A DNA stretch of 64,000 nucleotides from an uncultured Gammaproteobacteria bacterium (GCA_964452165.1 CAYVKP010000001.1:1715-65714), one strand, 5' to 3'. Counted from the first letter of the stretch, positions 25,596 to 36,258 are shown. Numbers and translations: made by a program. The notes: generated by a model not told the origin, from the sequence alone.

Positions 25596-27811
25596 TAAAA
25601 TTGAGCTTTCCTACCGTAGCGCTCTTTGGAGTAACGAATAATCGCATCACGGTTTTCATTCTTAACATTTGGAAGCGGCAAGGTGGTTGCAGGGAAAGGC
25701 GCTGAGGTCATTCCGTCAATTGAAAGCTTTAAAACTATTTCAAATTTGCCAAGGGATACTAGGTCATTTTCGGTGTAAATCTCCGCATATTCCTTTGTAA
25801 GTCGCTCCGCATCTTGTGCACCGACAACAAAAGACATAAGAGTTCCGACATTTCCATAAATTGCATATTGAATCTCCTCCTCAAGCTGATCCGAATATTG
25901 ATTTGCTAAAGTCAAAGACAAGCGATATTTTCGTGCTTCGGATAGAATTTTAATGAAAGAGCTGGTTGCAAAATTTTGGAACTCATCAACGTATAGGAAA
26001 AAGTCACGTCTACTCTCCTCTTTCTGAAAAGATCTATTCATTGCAGCAAGCTGAATTTGGGTGATAACCATTGCTCCAAGAAGTGCCGCGTTATCCTCTC
26101 CTAATTTTCCCTGTGATAAATTAAGAATCAAGATTTTTCCTTCGTCCATTATCTCCTGAAGATTAATTGAAGAAGTGGGGTGGCCAATAATGTTACGGAT
26201 CATTTTTGATGAGACAAATTGTCCTACCTTGTTTTGGATTGGAGAAACAGCCTCAGCCTTTAGCTTATCCGGCATCCTGGCAAACTCAGCTTCCCAGAAA
26301 TTCTTGAGAACCGGGTCTGATAGTTTTGCAACAATTCTTGCACGAAACGCATCGTCTGATAATATTCTCAACGCGTCAATTAGAGTACCCTCCTCAACGT
26401 CGAGAAGGGTCAAAATAACATTTCGCAAGATATATTCAAGGCGCGGACCCCAAGATTCTCCATAAATCTTGTGGAAGATCGAGACAATTCCCGATGAGAC
26501 CAAGTCTTTATGCTGAGAATTACGAACCTCCAAAACGTTTAGCGAGAACGGGCGCTCGGCATCAAAAGGCTCCAGATAAACTACGTCATTGAGTCGTCTC
26601 TTTGGAATGTAATCCATAATAATCTCCGATAAATCTCCGTGAGGGTCAATGATTCCAATTCCGCGGTCTTTGCGAATATCGTCAATTGCCATGTTGGCAA
26701 TTAAAGTGGATTTTCCGGCTCCGGTTTTTCCAATAACGTAAACGTGTTTTCTCCTGTCGGGCGTTTTTATTCCAAAAATTGTTTCGGCATTTTTGAATTC
26801 GGTTTTTGCAAAAAAGTTGATATCCTTCTTTTCTTCTTCGGTAATGGCAGTTATAACCGGAAGATCTTCGGGTGGTTCTCCAAGAAGAGTCTTACCCCAA
26901 GCAATATTCTTAACCCCGGCAAGCAAGAATCCTGTGGGGTGCCAAATGGTTGCGAGTTCCTGAGCATTTAATATCTGTGTGCGCTTTTCAAGATAATAGG
27001 TTGAACGGTTTTTAATCCTTTCAATAAAGTTTTTCTTGCGGATAAGCGGACGCTTCAACTCAAATTCATTTCCGTCACCGTGAGAGAATATTCCAAACGT
27101 TCCCGCAAGATTTCGCAGATATAATCTTGGATCTGTATTTTCCGTACCTACAACTAGACGAATAAGCGCTTTTCCTCCTTGAAATGAGGCTTTTTGCATG
27201 ATTAAAAGTTGTTGTGGATCGCGGGCGTATCTGGCCGTTTCGGTACTATGTGCTTCAACCCCGGCCGTAGCAGGAGAAGTATGGGAGTCTGTTCCTGCAA
27301 GTATCATTTGCCCTGCTCGTTTTACGGCCCTTGCCTGCCAATCAAAAGACGCTGAGGTTACAAGAATCTCAACAGCCATTTTAACGTCTGCCGGCTGTTT
27401 TGCTAAGAATCCGATCAGCGCGCCTAAGGTATCTATGTCTTCAAAGTCGGCATAAGTCTTTGTTGGAAGATAAAATTCGTTATCCAGAACCAATTGACCT
27501 ACTGATATGTGCTTGCTGTCAAAAACTTTTGGCATAGGGTCCTCGGTTTTTTCAATTGATGAGGTTGGAAAAGAGGCTGCAATTTGGCTTGCGACAAAAG
27601 TCTCCTGATCTTCATCGGCCGTTACATAGAAGTAGACCGTTTGATTGATTAGAAAAATTTCGAATGAATAATAATGTGTTTTCATCCATGATCTTTTCCA
27701 GAAGGGAACATATGCATGCGATAAGCAGGAAGCAAAAATCTGTGCTGCTGAAGCAATTGGAGTCTCATCGTCCTTAGGATTTCTGACTAAAAGATGTACC
27801 AGTTTTCTCAT
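25595..27811 (-). CDS. FtsK/HerA-superfamily ATPase, TraG/VirD4 (TraD)-like or DUF87 type IV-secretion-related protein
   Basis: Walker A GKTGAGKST, Walker B FLYVDEFQNF. 738 aa with a long N-terminal region lacking TM helices and a C-terminal TraG-D_C-like region. Confidence 0.55.
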   Translation of the reverse strand: MRKLVHLLVRNPKDDETPIASAAQIFASCLSHAYVPFWKRSWMKTHYYSFEIFLINQTVYFYVTADEDQETFVASQIAASFPTSSIEKTEDPMPKVFDSKHISVGQLVLDNEFYLPTKTYADFEDIDTLGALIGFLAKQPADVKMAVEILVTSASFDWQARAVKRAGQMILAGTDSHTSPATAGVEAHSTETARYARDPQQLLIMQKASFQGGKALIRLVVGTENTDPRLYLRNLAGTFGIFSHGDGNEFELKRPLIRKKNFIERIKNRSTYYLEKRTQILNAQELATIWHPTGFLLAGVKNIAWGKTLLGEPPEDLPVITAITEEEKKDINFFAKTEFKNAETIFGIKTPDRRKHVYVIGKTGAGKSTLIANMAIDDIRKDRGIGIIDPHGDLSEIIMDYIPKRRLNDVVYLEPFDAERPFSLNVLEVRNSQHKDLVSSGIVSIFHKIYGESWGPRLEYILRNVILTLLDVEEGTLIDALRILSDDAFRARIVAKLSDPVLKNFWEAEFARMPDKLKAEAVSPIQNKVGQFVSSKMIRNIIGHPTSSINLQEIMDEGKILILNLSQGKLGEDNAALLGAMVITQIQLAAMNRSFQKEESRRDFFLYVDEFQNFATSSFIKILSEARKYRLSLTLANQYSDQLEEEIQYAIYGNVGTLMSFVVGAQDAERLTKEYAEIYTENDLVSLGKFEIVLKLSIDGMTSAPFPATTLPLPNVKNENRDAIIRYSKERYGRKAQF

Positions 27812-27857
27812 AAATTAGATTATAGCAGAGTTAATAATTACCAATAGAAACAGGCCT

Positions 27858-29756
27858 TTAGGAAGCGTTGGAAGAACTTTTTCTTTTTGTAACTTTCTTT
27901 TGTACGCCATCTTTCATGATTGAATCAAATTCTTCCCCATCCAAGGTCTCTTTTGAAAGAAGTGTTGCTGCGACTACATCGAGTTTGGGCTTATTTGATT
28001 TAAGTATTTTCTGAGCTCTTGCATATGCTTCATCCATGATTTTTCTAATTTCAGTATCAATTTTTGACTGCATACTTTCGGAAATCTGAGAGTTCTCGCC
28101 GTACATTCTTTCTCGCTCCACATCATAATTAACGGGTCCAAGACCACTCATTCCATATTCAATAACCATGGTTCTTGCAACCTCTGTGGCTTTTTGAATA
28201 TCATCTGATGCTCCGGTTGTCATTTCTGAAAAAATTAATTCTTCCGCCGCTCTTCCTCCAAGCATTGTTGCAATAGTCTCAAGAAGTCTGGTTCTGGTCT
28301 CATGCACCCGGTCCTGCGCGGGCGGAATAAGTGTGTGACCAAGCGAAAGGCCACGACCCACAATTGAGATCCTGTGAACCGGATCGGCTTTTGGTGAGTA
28401 GTAAGAAACGATTGCATGACCTGACTCGTGATATGCAGTAATTCTTTTGTCGTCCTCTGACTGCATACGTTTTTTTTCAGGTCCCATCTTTACTTTTGTT
28501 GCCGCCTCCTCAAGATCGGTCATGTCAATCTGTTTTTTTCCAAGACGGGCAGCTAAAATTGCTGCTTCATTGAGCATATTTTCAAGATCGGCGCCGGAAT
28601 ATCCCACAGTGCGTCTTGCAACTCTTTCCCAATTAACTTCTTTTGTGAAAGGTTTTCCTTTTGCATGGATTTGAAGTATAGATTTTCTTCCTTCAATGTC
28701 CGGAAGCTGAAGCATAATTCTTCTATCAAACCTGCCAGGACGAACAAGCGCTGAATCTAAAATATCCGGACGATTTGTGGCTGCAATTACAACGAGTTGC
28801 TCATTTGGAGTAAAACCGTCCATTTCAACCAAGATCTGATTTAGGGTTTGTTCGCGCTCGTCGTGTCCTCCCATGATTCCGACTCCTCGTTGACGTCCGA
28901 TTGCATCAACTTCATCAATAAAAATTATTGCAGGTTGGCTTTTTTTAGCGGTTGTAAAAAGGTCACGGACACGAGCGGCTCCAACTCCTACCAACATTTC
29001 CATAAATTCTGATCCTGCAATTGAAATAAACGGAACCTGTGCCTCTCCTGCTACGGCTCGGGCGAGCAATGTTTTTCCGGTTCCCGATGGCCCAACGAGC
29101 AAAACCCCTTTTGGCGTACGTGCTCCCATTGCGCGATATTTCTCAGGGTGTTTTAGAAAATCTACAACCTCGGACATTTCTTGTTTTGCTTCATCTACTC
29201 CCGCAACGTCTGCAAAAACGGTTTTAGGAAAATCCTTATTAAAGGTTTTTCCCTTATTTGATCCGAAAGAAAAAATATTTTCCTGTGCGCCTCTGGCTTG
29301 ACGGAAAATAAAATAGAAGAAAATAATTATCAAGACAACCGGAAGAAATGAGGAGATTAGATTAACCCAGGTATTTAAAGTCGCATCATCTTTTACATTA
29401 ATCTTGACTGAGCTTGGGTCAATACTTGAGTTCTTAAGGACTTCAAACAGGGATACGTTTGCTTCTTTTCTTGAAATTGCAGCTTTACCGTCTTTATATT
29501 TAATGTCTATTTTTGTGTCTGAAACATCAATCTGGCTAACTTTCTTGCTTTTTATATCCTGAACAAGTTTTGAAATTGGAACTTCTTGTCCTCCTTGAGT
29601 TGACGCAAAATCTCCAATTCCCATGACGATAAATAACAAAAAGAAGAAAAGAAATCCGTATAGAAGAAGGTCTTTCCAGGTGAATTTGAAGCCAACTTTA
29701 ACCTTTTTGAAGTTTTTTTGCCTGCCGTTCATTAGAGTTCGAAAATTATAACACAA
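27858..29756 (-). CDS. ftsH: ATP-dependent zinc metalloprotease FtsH
   Basis: N-terminal TM helices, AAA Walker [12 protein letters not shown] region, and zinc-binding HESGHAIV. Confidence 0.9.
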   Translation of the reverse strand: MCYNFRTLMNGRQKNFKKVKVGFKFTWKDLLLYGFLFFFLLFIVMGIGDFASTQGGQEVPISKLVQDIKSKKVSQIDVSDTKIDIKYKDGKAAISRKEANVSLFEVLKNSSIDPSSVKINVKDDATLNTWVNLISSFLPVVLIIIFFYFIFRQARGAQENIFSFGSNKGKTFNKDFPKTVFADVAGVDEAKQEMSEVVDFLKHPEKYRAMGARTPKGVLLVGPSGTGKTLLARAVAGEAQVPFISIAGSEFMEMLVGVGAARVRDLFTTAKKSQPAIIFIDEVDAIGRQRGVGIMGGHDEREQTLNQILVEMDGFTPNEQLVVIAATNRPDILDSALVRPGRFDRRIMLQLPDIEGRKSILQIHAKGKPFTKEVNWERVARRTVGYSGADLENMLNEAAILAARLGKKQIDMTDLEEAATKVKMGPEKKRMQSEDDKRITAYHESGHAIVSYYSPKADPVHRISIVGRGLSLGHTLIPPAQDRVHETRTRLLETIATMLGGRAAEELIFSEMTTGASDDIQKATEVARTMVIEYGMSGLGPVNYDVERERMYGENSQISESMQSKIDTEIRKIMDEAYARAQKILKSNKPKLDVVAATLLSKETLDGEEFDSIMKDGVQKKVTKRKSSSNAS

Positions 29757-29763
29757 CGTGAGG

Positions 29764-30000
29764 CTACTTTAAAGGATCATGACCTCCGACGCTCCAAGGA
29801 TGGCAACGAATGATTCTCTTAAAACCCAGGACCGAACCATGAATAACCCCATATTTATCAACTGCTTGATAGGTATATTCTGAACATGTCGGGGAAAACC
29901 TGCAAATTGAATCCGATAAAAATAGTGTTCGAAACAACTGTAAGTGGAAAACTTGCGTCTTTTTATAAAATTTGATTGCCGCCAAAACTAATTTCTTCAC
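29764..30000 (-). CDS. yidD: membrane protein insertion efficiency factor YidD
   Basis: CRFSPTCSEY and HPWSVGGHDP motifs. 78 aa. Confidence 0.8.
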   Translation of the reverse strand: MKKLVLAAIKFYKKTQVFHLQLFRTLFLSDSICRFSPTCSEYTYQAVDKYGVIHGSVLGFKRIIRCHPWSVGGHDPLK

Positions 30001-30022
30001 TCAGGAATTATAACATTCAAAC

Positions 30023-30301
30023 CTAAACCGTGGGTCTTTTTTTAAAGGAGTCGAAAGTTTCGGTAATTTCCTGCCAATCAATCGCCACACTTTTTATTTC
30101 AGAAAGCATTGGTCCTCGCGAACAAGCTTCGACAAACTCTTTTAATTTTTGGTCTTCTCCCTGAGCCAAAACCTCTACTCTCTTATCGGATAAATTACGA
30201 ACCCAACCTGCAACACCAATTTTTTTTGCAGAATAGTTGACGAAATTTCTGAATCCTACACCTTGAACAAGACCGGAGATTAAGAGGTGAACCTGTTTCA
30301 T
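30023..30301 (-). CDS. acyP: acylphosphatase
   Basis: VQGVGFR signature near the N-terminus. 92 aa. Confidence 0.75.
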   Translation of the reverse strand: MKQVHLLISGLVQGVGFRNFVNYSAKKIGVAGWVRNLSDKRVEVLAQGEDQKLKEFVEACSRGPMLSEIKSVAIDWQEITETFDSFKKRPTV

Positions 30302-30306
30302 ATGAG

Positions 30307-31338
30307 TTAAATCAAGCCCATTTTTTGGCGGACCTGCTCAACTGTTGCGGCGGCAACTTTTCTTGCTTTCTCGGCCCCTTGCGCAATTACCTTATCTACA
30401 AATTCCGGATTTGCCTCAAGCTCGCGTCTTTTCTGCTGAATCGGCTCAAGTTCTTTATAAATTGCTTCTGCAAGACTATTCTTCAAATCTCCATAACGAA
30501 CTCCATCCGCATCGTATTGAGCCTGATACTCTTTCATTTTCTCAAATCCCTGAAAGAGTTCTACAAACTTCATTAGGGCTCCCACCCCCTCGGATAATTT
30601 TCCGTTTTCATTTTCATAATAATATTCCTTCTTGCCTTCCATCTTGCGAACTACTCCACGTCCACTATCTGTTGTTACTCGGGCAAGAGCGGCTTTAATC
30701 TCGTCAAGGCTGTCGGTCAAGTTAATATACGTTCCTTCGACAGATTTACTCATCTTTCCCTCGCCTGTTAGTGATGGAACATATTCGCCTTTTGTTTTAA
30801 ACCTTTGAGGTTCCGGAAAATCCATTCCATACATCTCGTTCATTTTTCTTGCTATTTCACGTGTCACCTCTATGTGCGATTCTTGATCTAACCCGACAGG
30901 AACCATTGATGCCTTATAAATCAATATGTCAGCAGCCATTAGGACCGGATAATTAAGTAACGCCATATTTACATTTTCAGGGTGTTGCTTAACCTTTTCC
31001 TTAAAAGTTGGCAGGTGCTGCATTCGTGCAACAGTTACCACTGACGAGAAATAAAAAGCAAGCTGGGTGTGAAGATCAGCCAATTGCGATTGAGCAAAAA
31101 TTGCTGATTTTTCCGGGTCAAGACCAACCGACAAATAATCAATTATTACGCTTTTTGCGTTTAAACCAATTTTCTTAGGATCAAATGGGGTGGTTAAGCC
31201 ATGAAGATCCGCAACCATATAAAAGGTTTCGTATTCCGGATCTTCTTGCAACGCAAGCATACCCTTGGCAGTACCAAGATAATTGCCTATATGCAATTTT
31301 CCGGTTGGTCTCATTCCTTGTAATACTGTCTTTTTCAT
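30307..31338 (-). CDS. trpS: tryptophan--tRNA ligase
   Basis: Class I HIGH-like TGKLHIGNYLG and KMSKS motifs. 343 aa. Confidence 0.9.
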   Translation of the reverse strand: MKKTVLQGMRPTGKLHIGNYLGTAKGMLALQEDPEYETFYMVADLHGLTTPFDPKKIGLNAKSVIIDYLSVGLDPEKSAIFAQSQLADLHTQLAFYFSSVVTVARMQHLPTFKEKVKQHPENVNMALLNYPVLMAADILIYKASMVPVGLDQESHIEVTREIARKMNEMYGMDFPEPQRFKTKGEYVPSLTGEGKMSKSVEGTYINLTDSLDEIKAALARVTTDSGRGVVRKMEGKKEYYYENENGKLSEGVGALMKFVELFQGFEKMKEYQAQYDADGVRYGDLKNSLAEAIYKELEPIQQKRRELEANPEFVDKVIAQGAEKARKVAAATVEQVRQKMGLI

Positions 31339-31340
31339 AT

Positions 31341-31751
31341 TTATTTTCCTTTCTTAAATCGTTTTAAAAAATAATCTAAAAAAATATCTATTAATTGTTG
31401 GTTATCGCTTTCAAAAAAAGTTTTATCTATTTTGAAAAACAACTTTCTTCTATCAATTATTAAAAGTCTTTGGTATATAGATGGGTCTTTTTCTAACCTA
31501 AAAAAATATTTCTGCGACTCAATTCTATATTGTTTACTGATTTTAACATACTCTTCCCGCGTTCCAAACCCAATCCTCTTAAGAACAACCCCTTTATCAA
31601 TCCTTTTCGCTAAAAGATTGCGATAGGAAACTGGCAGGGGGTTTTTTACCTCTTCTGATAGAAGCATTGATGCAAGGATTTCTTTTTTTGCTTTTCTTAC
31701 TTCCTTCTCAACTTCATTAACGATATCTTTTTTGTCAATTATTTTAATCAT
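31341..31751 (-). CDS. hypothetical protein (136 aa)
   Basis: ORF tightly packed between trpS and the upstream gene. No domain recognised. Confidence 0.35.
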   Translation of the reverse strand: MIKIIDKKDIVNEVEKEVRKAKKEILASMLLSEEVKNPLPVSYRNLLAKRIDKGVVLKRIGFGTREEYVKISKQYRIESQKYFFRLEKDPSIYQRLLIIDRRKLFFKIDKTFFESDNQQLIDIFLDYFLKRFKKGK

Positions 31752-31752
31752 A

Positions 31753-33474
31753 TTATTTTCTCACAAACATAAACCTCAGTAATGAAAGTCTTGGCCCGTC
31801 TTTCCCATATAATATTGCGTCATCCGGCTTAAAAGGAATGGGGATTGCCGTCAGGTCGATTTTCTTTCCTTGTCTTTTTGCCAATTGTACAGCCTTATGA
31901 ACTTCTGAAAAGCTTTTAACATCGTAACGAAAAGTTGGAATATAAGCTTGGTCGTTTCCAACTGAAAAATAAACAATATCATTATCTATTCCGCCTTTTT
32001 GGAGTGCTCCCTGAATAGCTTTGAATTTGTTGTGAACACCTTCGGGTTTATCCAGGTTGGAAGGAGCTATTATTTTAAGGAATTTATCAACGACTTTTGG
32101 ATCAATTACTTTTCTTTCAAAAGTCGTTGCCTCTGTCTCGAAAAGTTTAACAAAGGGATCAGGATAACAATCTATCTCACCCAAGGCGACCCGGCGCAAG
32201 AGATCTTCATAGCCTGGTGCATCGGTTGAAATGTTAAACAGAAGAACGGATGAACCACCATAGATTTCATTTACCTGACTTAAAGTGCAAGGGTCTGCTC
32301 TTCTTCCTTGATTTAAAAATTCTTTACGAAAAGCTCCAAGCTCTAAATGCTCAAGAGTATCCTCTCTATTATTAATCACTTCGTCTCGTGTAAGTAAAAC
32401 GATGTCTCCAGCTGAGCCGGCGGATACTGCTTCGACAACCTCCATTTTTATCCTTTCGTTTATCTCTTTAATTGCTTGCAGTGGACCTTCATCATTAGGC
32501 ACGTTTATCATATCGCTTGTTAAGAACATACCAAGATCGGGCATATTAATTCTTTCAATATCAAAAGTACCATCTTTTCGAATTAGAACATCTGGTTGAA
32601 AATAAAGAAACGCTCTGGTATCGGTATTGCTTTGAAAAGGTTGTTCGGCTAATCCGTTTGCCATGAGAACTGCATCTTTAATTGGCATCCCTGCACCTGC
32701 AAGACCACGTGTAATTGCTGCCTTTCTCTCGATTCGGGCAATGATTTCCTGTGTTTTTTGAGAGATGGTGTCGGTCAAATCCTGGCCTATTGTTATTTGT
32801 CGATCCGTCTGAATAGGACGAAATAAGAAAAACTCTTCCCTTCCTACTACTGCCCGGCGGGTTGACTCAATATTATTTGCCTGACAAATTTCTCTTAATT
32901 TCATAATCGCTTCATGAGTTTGTCTATATTCTCCTATTTCGTAGTGATGTTTAACCAAGCCTATTTGTCTAGTTACTTCAATTTGAGCACTTTCCGGAAA
33001 CTTACCTGCAAGTGAGGCATCTTTAATTGCCATTCCGACAAATGCTTCAAGAACAGCCGAGCCCTGCTCTCTTACTATCCTGCCATCAAGGTTTGAGGGT
33101 GGTTTATCATCCATAGTGAAATATCCTACGTTTCCTCCGGGTCCCTGATCCGTCTTAATAGTAGGTCTGTAAATCCCTAAGCCTCTAAATGCTGTTCGCA
33201 TTGCACCTTCATCTTGTGGAAAGAATGCTGCACGAAAAGGAAATGGCGGTTTCTCTTTAAGGACGGCAAAATTTTTGCTTGTTTCAAAAGCTGCGTCAAC
33301 TGAATCCGGAGACTCTATGAGAGGACGAGATGCGTCATATAAATAACGCATACTCACAGATGCAGCTTTAATTCGACCACCAAATATAAGGGGCCTATAT
33401 CGCTCGGTACCGGATACCCGTTCTTCTTGAACCTTATCTTTTTGATTTAATCTGATTGAATATTCAGGGTTCAT
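31753..33474 (-). CDS. hypothetical protein (573 aa), possible carboxylate-amine ligase-like enzyme
   Basis: Long ORF with 4-nt overlap to the upstream AstE/AspA-like gene, so translationally coupled. No signature motif confidently recognised. The ligase guess rests on the neighbourhood only. Confidence 0.45.
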   Translation of the reverse strand: MNPEYSIRLNQKDKVQEERVSGTERYRPLIFGGRIKAASVSMRYLYDASRPLIESPDSVDAAFETSKNFAVLKEKPPFPFRAAFFPQDEGAMRTAFRGLGIYRPTIKTDQGPGGNVGYFTMDDKPPSNLDGRIVREQGSAVLEAFVGMAIKDASLAGKFPESAQIEVTRQIGLVKHHYEIGEYRQTHEAIMKLREICQANNIESTRRAVVGREEFFLFRPIQTDRQITIGQDLTDTISQKTQEIIARIERKAAITRGLAGAGMPIKDAVLMANGLAEQPFQSNTDTRAFLYFQPDVLIRKDGTFDIERINMPDLGMFLTSDMINVPNDEGPLQAIKEINERIKMEVVEAVSAGSAGDIVLLTRDEVINNREDTLEHLELGAFRKEFLNQGRRADPCTLSQVNEIYGGSSVLLFNISTDAPGYEDLLRRVALGEIDCYPDPFVKLFETEATTFERKVIDPKVVDKFLKIIAPSNLDKPEGVHNKFKAIQGALQKGGIDNDIVYFSVGNDQAYIPTFRYDVKSFSEVHKAVQLAKRQGKKIDLTAIPIPFKPDDAILYGKDGPRLSLLRFMFVRK

Positions 33475-34328
33475 CTTTCTCCTTTCATTTCTTCTCGTGA
33501 AATTTTCTTTGCTTTCAGGCAGAAAGTATCGTAAGAAGCTTCTTTAACAAATACCGGATAAAAATCATCTTCGGCACGCATGACATTGCCGGATCTTCGC
33601 GGCATAGACAGAGACAGTACTTCGTCGCCTCTCTTAACCAGATTAAAGTTATGAACAAAAGACACAAGCTTGTCATCGCTATGCGGAGGGTATTTAATGT
33701 TTCCAAACAGTTCATAGTAGTTACTTCCCACATGATCAACGACACCCAAATATTCGTATATGATTGAAAACTCTCTGGAAGAAATCATTCCTAAAGAATG
33801 GAGCGTATTTTTAACTGCCCTCATCCCCATTTCGTATGAATAATCACTTCCGTGAGGACCAAGCTCTATGCCTACACCGCACTTAACAAAATCAATCATC
33901 GCGTAGTCTTTGTCACGAGGAATTAATAAAATGTTCTGAATCCCCATTACCTCAGCCAATCTAACTCGGGCAGGATCCTTTTTGTCAACAATTGCGAATG
34001 CTTCGGTCTCTGAAGTCGTTGAATGAAGATCTATTGCATAATCTGAATCCCGCACTGTTTTAAATACCTGCGGAGCAAGCCTTGATTCAATGGAGTCTTT
34101 ACTCCTACCACCTGGGAAAGCTCTATTTAAATCTTCTGAAATGAATCTAGTTCCACCGAACAAAGCAGGAGGGTTCGCAACGACTAGTCTGAGCGTGCCT
34201 TTTAATAATTTTTCTGGGCGTATTATTCTTCTAAGATCGTCAAGAATGTATACTCCCACTTCTTCATTGCCGTGCATTGCCGCAGTAACGGCGACAATCG
34301 GGTGACCATGGCCAATTTCAGCCAACAC
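33471..34328 (-). CDS. succinylglutamate desuccinylase/aspartoacylase (AstE/AspA) family zinc hydrolase
   Basis: N-terminal AAMHGNEEVG zinc-binding motif and a downstream DLHS. 285 aa. Confidence 0.65.
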   Translation of the reverse strand: MLAEIGHGHPIVAVTAAMHGNEEVGVYILDDLRRIIRPEKLLKGTLRLVVANPPALFGGTRFISEDLNRAFPGGRSKDSIESRLAPQVFKTVRDSDYAIDLHSTTSETEAFAIVDKKDPARVRLAEVMGIQNILLIPRDKDYAMIDFVKCGVGIELGPHGSDYSYEMGMRAVKNTLHSLGMISSREFSIIYEYLGVVDHVGSNYYELFGNIKYPPHSDDKLVSFVHNFNLVKRGDEVLSLSMPRRSGNVMRAEDDFYPVFVKEASYDTFCLKAKKISREEMKGER

Positions 34329-34394
34329 AATGGGACGATCGACCGGTTTTAATCCTTCAATTGATAGAAGCTTCTGTCTTCTTTCTTCTGGGCC

Positions 34395-34505
34395 AAACTA
34401 ACCCCTCCCCCGCTTGAGGAGGGGTTTCCTTTCCATATAAATTGTGTTCGAAATCTTTATTCATATTTTTCCCAATAAAAAACCTCCCCTTCAGGAGGTC
34501 ATATA
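34395..34505. terminator. pair of GC hairpins with CCTCC...GGAGG stems (bidirectional terminators)
   Basis: aacccctcccccgcttgaggaggggtt followed by a T-rich run on the + strand. aaaaacctccccttcaggaggt, whose reverse complement is followed by tttttattggg on the minus strand downstream of the YerC-like gene. Confidence 0.5.
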
Positions 34506-34602
34506 ATTTTTGTTGTGTTTAAATTACACTACAAAACTAACCTCCTAATTCAGAAGGTTTTGCCAATCACTCAATTTATTAACTTTAAAATTATTTTTCA
34601 TA

Positions 34603-34854
34603 TTAAACACTTATAAATTTTCCTCTTTTTATTTCTTTTGAACCTCTTGTAACAGTTGCTATTCCAACACCAAGCTTTTCTGCAATCTTGTGTTGCGGTA
34701 CCCCACTCTTGATCATTTTTACTATTTCCAAACGTGTCGGGATTTCAACCAATTCTTTAGGTGTAAAAATTCCCTGAAGGAAGTTAAGCATTTCCTCTTG
34801 AGAATTTATACTTAACAAAGCATCAATCAAGGAATCTAAATACCTATCGTTCAC
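34603..34854 (-). CDS. TrpR-like protein YerC/YecD family
   Basis: 83 aa with a C-terminal HTH (KIAEKLGVGIATVTRGSKEIK), typical of the YerC/YecD family. Confidence 0.7.
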   Translation of the reverse strand: MNDRYLDSLIDALLSINSQEEMLNFLQGIFTPKELVEIPTRLEIVKMIKSGVPQHKIAEKLGVGIATVTRGSKEIKRGKFISV

Positions 34855-34896
34855 AAGTTATATTATACTAGTGTACTAGTATTTGTCAAGGGGGAA

Positions 34897-36258
34897 CTAT
34901 GCCAAAGCTTCGACTTCTTGCTTAAATTGGGCACCTCGTTCTTTGTAATTCTTAAACATATCAAAAGATGCGCAGGCGGGCGTCAGAATGACTACGTCAC
35001 CAATCTCAGCAACAGCTTTGGCGGCCTTTACAATTTGTTCCATGTTTGTTGCGTCTTCAATAATATGAAACTTATGGAAATGGCCGATTTCAGCTTTAAT
35101 CTTTGGCCATTCCTCACCAATTCCAATAACAGCTTTTATATTTTTTGCGTTGCGAATAGTTTTGCCAAGGCCGGAGAAATCGCTATTCTTGCTTGACCCA
35201 CCAAGAATTAATATCTCGGGGTCTTCAAACGCTTCAATTGCGGCAGTTGCCGTCTCTGGAGTTGTTGAGAAAGAATCATCATAGTAGCGGACTCCATTGA
35301 AAAGACGGACAAGCTCAAGCCTATGCTCAAGTCCTTTAAATTCCTTAAGAACTGCAGCTATGTTTTGTATCTGAACACCCGCAATATAGGCTGCCATTGC
35401 TGCGGCACATGCATTTTCCCAGTTATGTTTGCCCGGAAGAAGAATGTCGGCTGTCGCCAAAACTTTTTGCTCACCTTCATCATTCTTTATGACAATAAAT
35501 CCGTCTTTGACAAAACAGCCGCGGTCAACATTAAGTTCCCTACTTACAAAATACACTTGTCCCGCGGTTACAATATCGCTTTCATTGCTTGCCGGATAGT
35601 CGCGATTTATAACAGCGCTATCAACAGGACTTTGGTAGCGCAAGATATTTCTTTTTGCGTCCACATATTCCAGTACGTCCCTATGGTAGTCCAAATGTTC
35701 GCTTGTAACCATCAAAAACACCGCAATTTGAGGACTTTTGGTCAAATCCTGTAGTTGGAAGCTTGACAGCTCCAAGACGACCTTAGAATCGGATTTGAGC
35801 TGATCTATAAAATCCAAAGGTGGCGTACCAATATTTCCCCCAAGATAAACGGCCGCTCCCTGCTTTTTAAGCATCTCATGAATTAAACTTGAAGTTGTAC
35901 CCTTACCTTTCGTCCCGGTAACTCCAATTATTGGGCACGGACACAGGTCAAAGAAAATTTTGGTAGCAGAAGTTACGGGAGTTTTCTGTTTTTTAACTTT
36001 CTCAATTACGGCAGACAGGGGGCTAATTCCAGGTGAACGGACTACAAAGTCGAACCCTGAGAAGTCGTCAGGGTATGAATCCAAAATAAAATCGACATTT
36101 TTCTCGCGGAGCAGGTCAATCTTGTCTTTCTCAAGGGTAGACTCACTTCTAACATCTGAGATCGTGATTTTTGCATCATTTTTAAGTAAAAACGAGGCAA
36201 CACTCTCCCCTTCTACCCCAAATCCCAAAATTAAAACTTTTTTTCCTTTAAATTCCAT
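34897..36258 (-). CDS. murD: UDP-N-acetylmuramoylalanine--D-glutamate ligase
   Basis: Mur ligase P-loop GVTGTKGKGTT, with an N-terminal Rossmann-like fold and C-terminal domain. 453 aa. Confidence 0.85.
   Translation of the reverse strand: MEFKGKKVLILGFGVEGESVASFLLKNDAKITISDVRSESTLEKDKIDLLREKNVDFILDSYPDDFSGFDFVVRSPGISPLSAVIEKVKKQKTPVTSATKIFFDLCPCPIIGVTGTKGKGTTSSLIHEMLKKQGAAVYLGGNIGTPPLDFIDQLKSDSKVVLELSSFQLQDLTKSPQIAVFLMVTSEHLDYHRDVLEYVDAKRNILRYQSPVDSAVINRDYPASNESDIVTAGQVYFVSRELNVDRGCFVKDGFIVIKNDEGEQKVLATADILLPGKHNWENACAAAMAAYIAGVQIQNIAAVLKEFKGLEHRLELVRLFNGVRYYDDSFSTTPETATAAIEAFEDPEILILGGSSKNSDFSGLGKTIRNAKNIKAVIGIGEEWPKIKAEIGHFHKFHIIEDATNMEQIVKAAKAVAEIGDVVILTPACASFDMFKNYKERGAQFKQEVEALA

Noticed and set aside
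25595-27811. Calling the 738-aa ATPase a bona fide VirD4 coupling protein of a conjugative element
   Set aside because: It lacks the N-terminal TM helices of canonical VirD4/TraD, and no relaxase or VirB genes are in the window. It is kept as a TraG-like/DUF87 family ATPase only.
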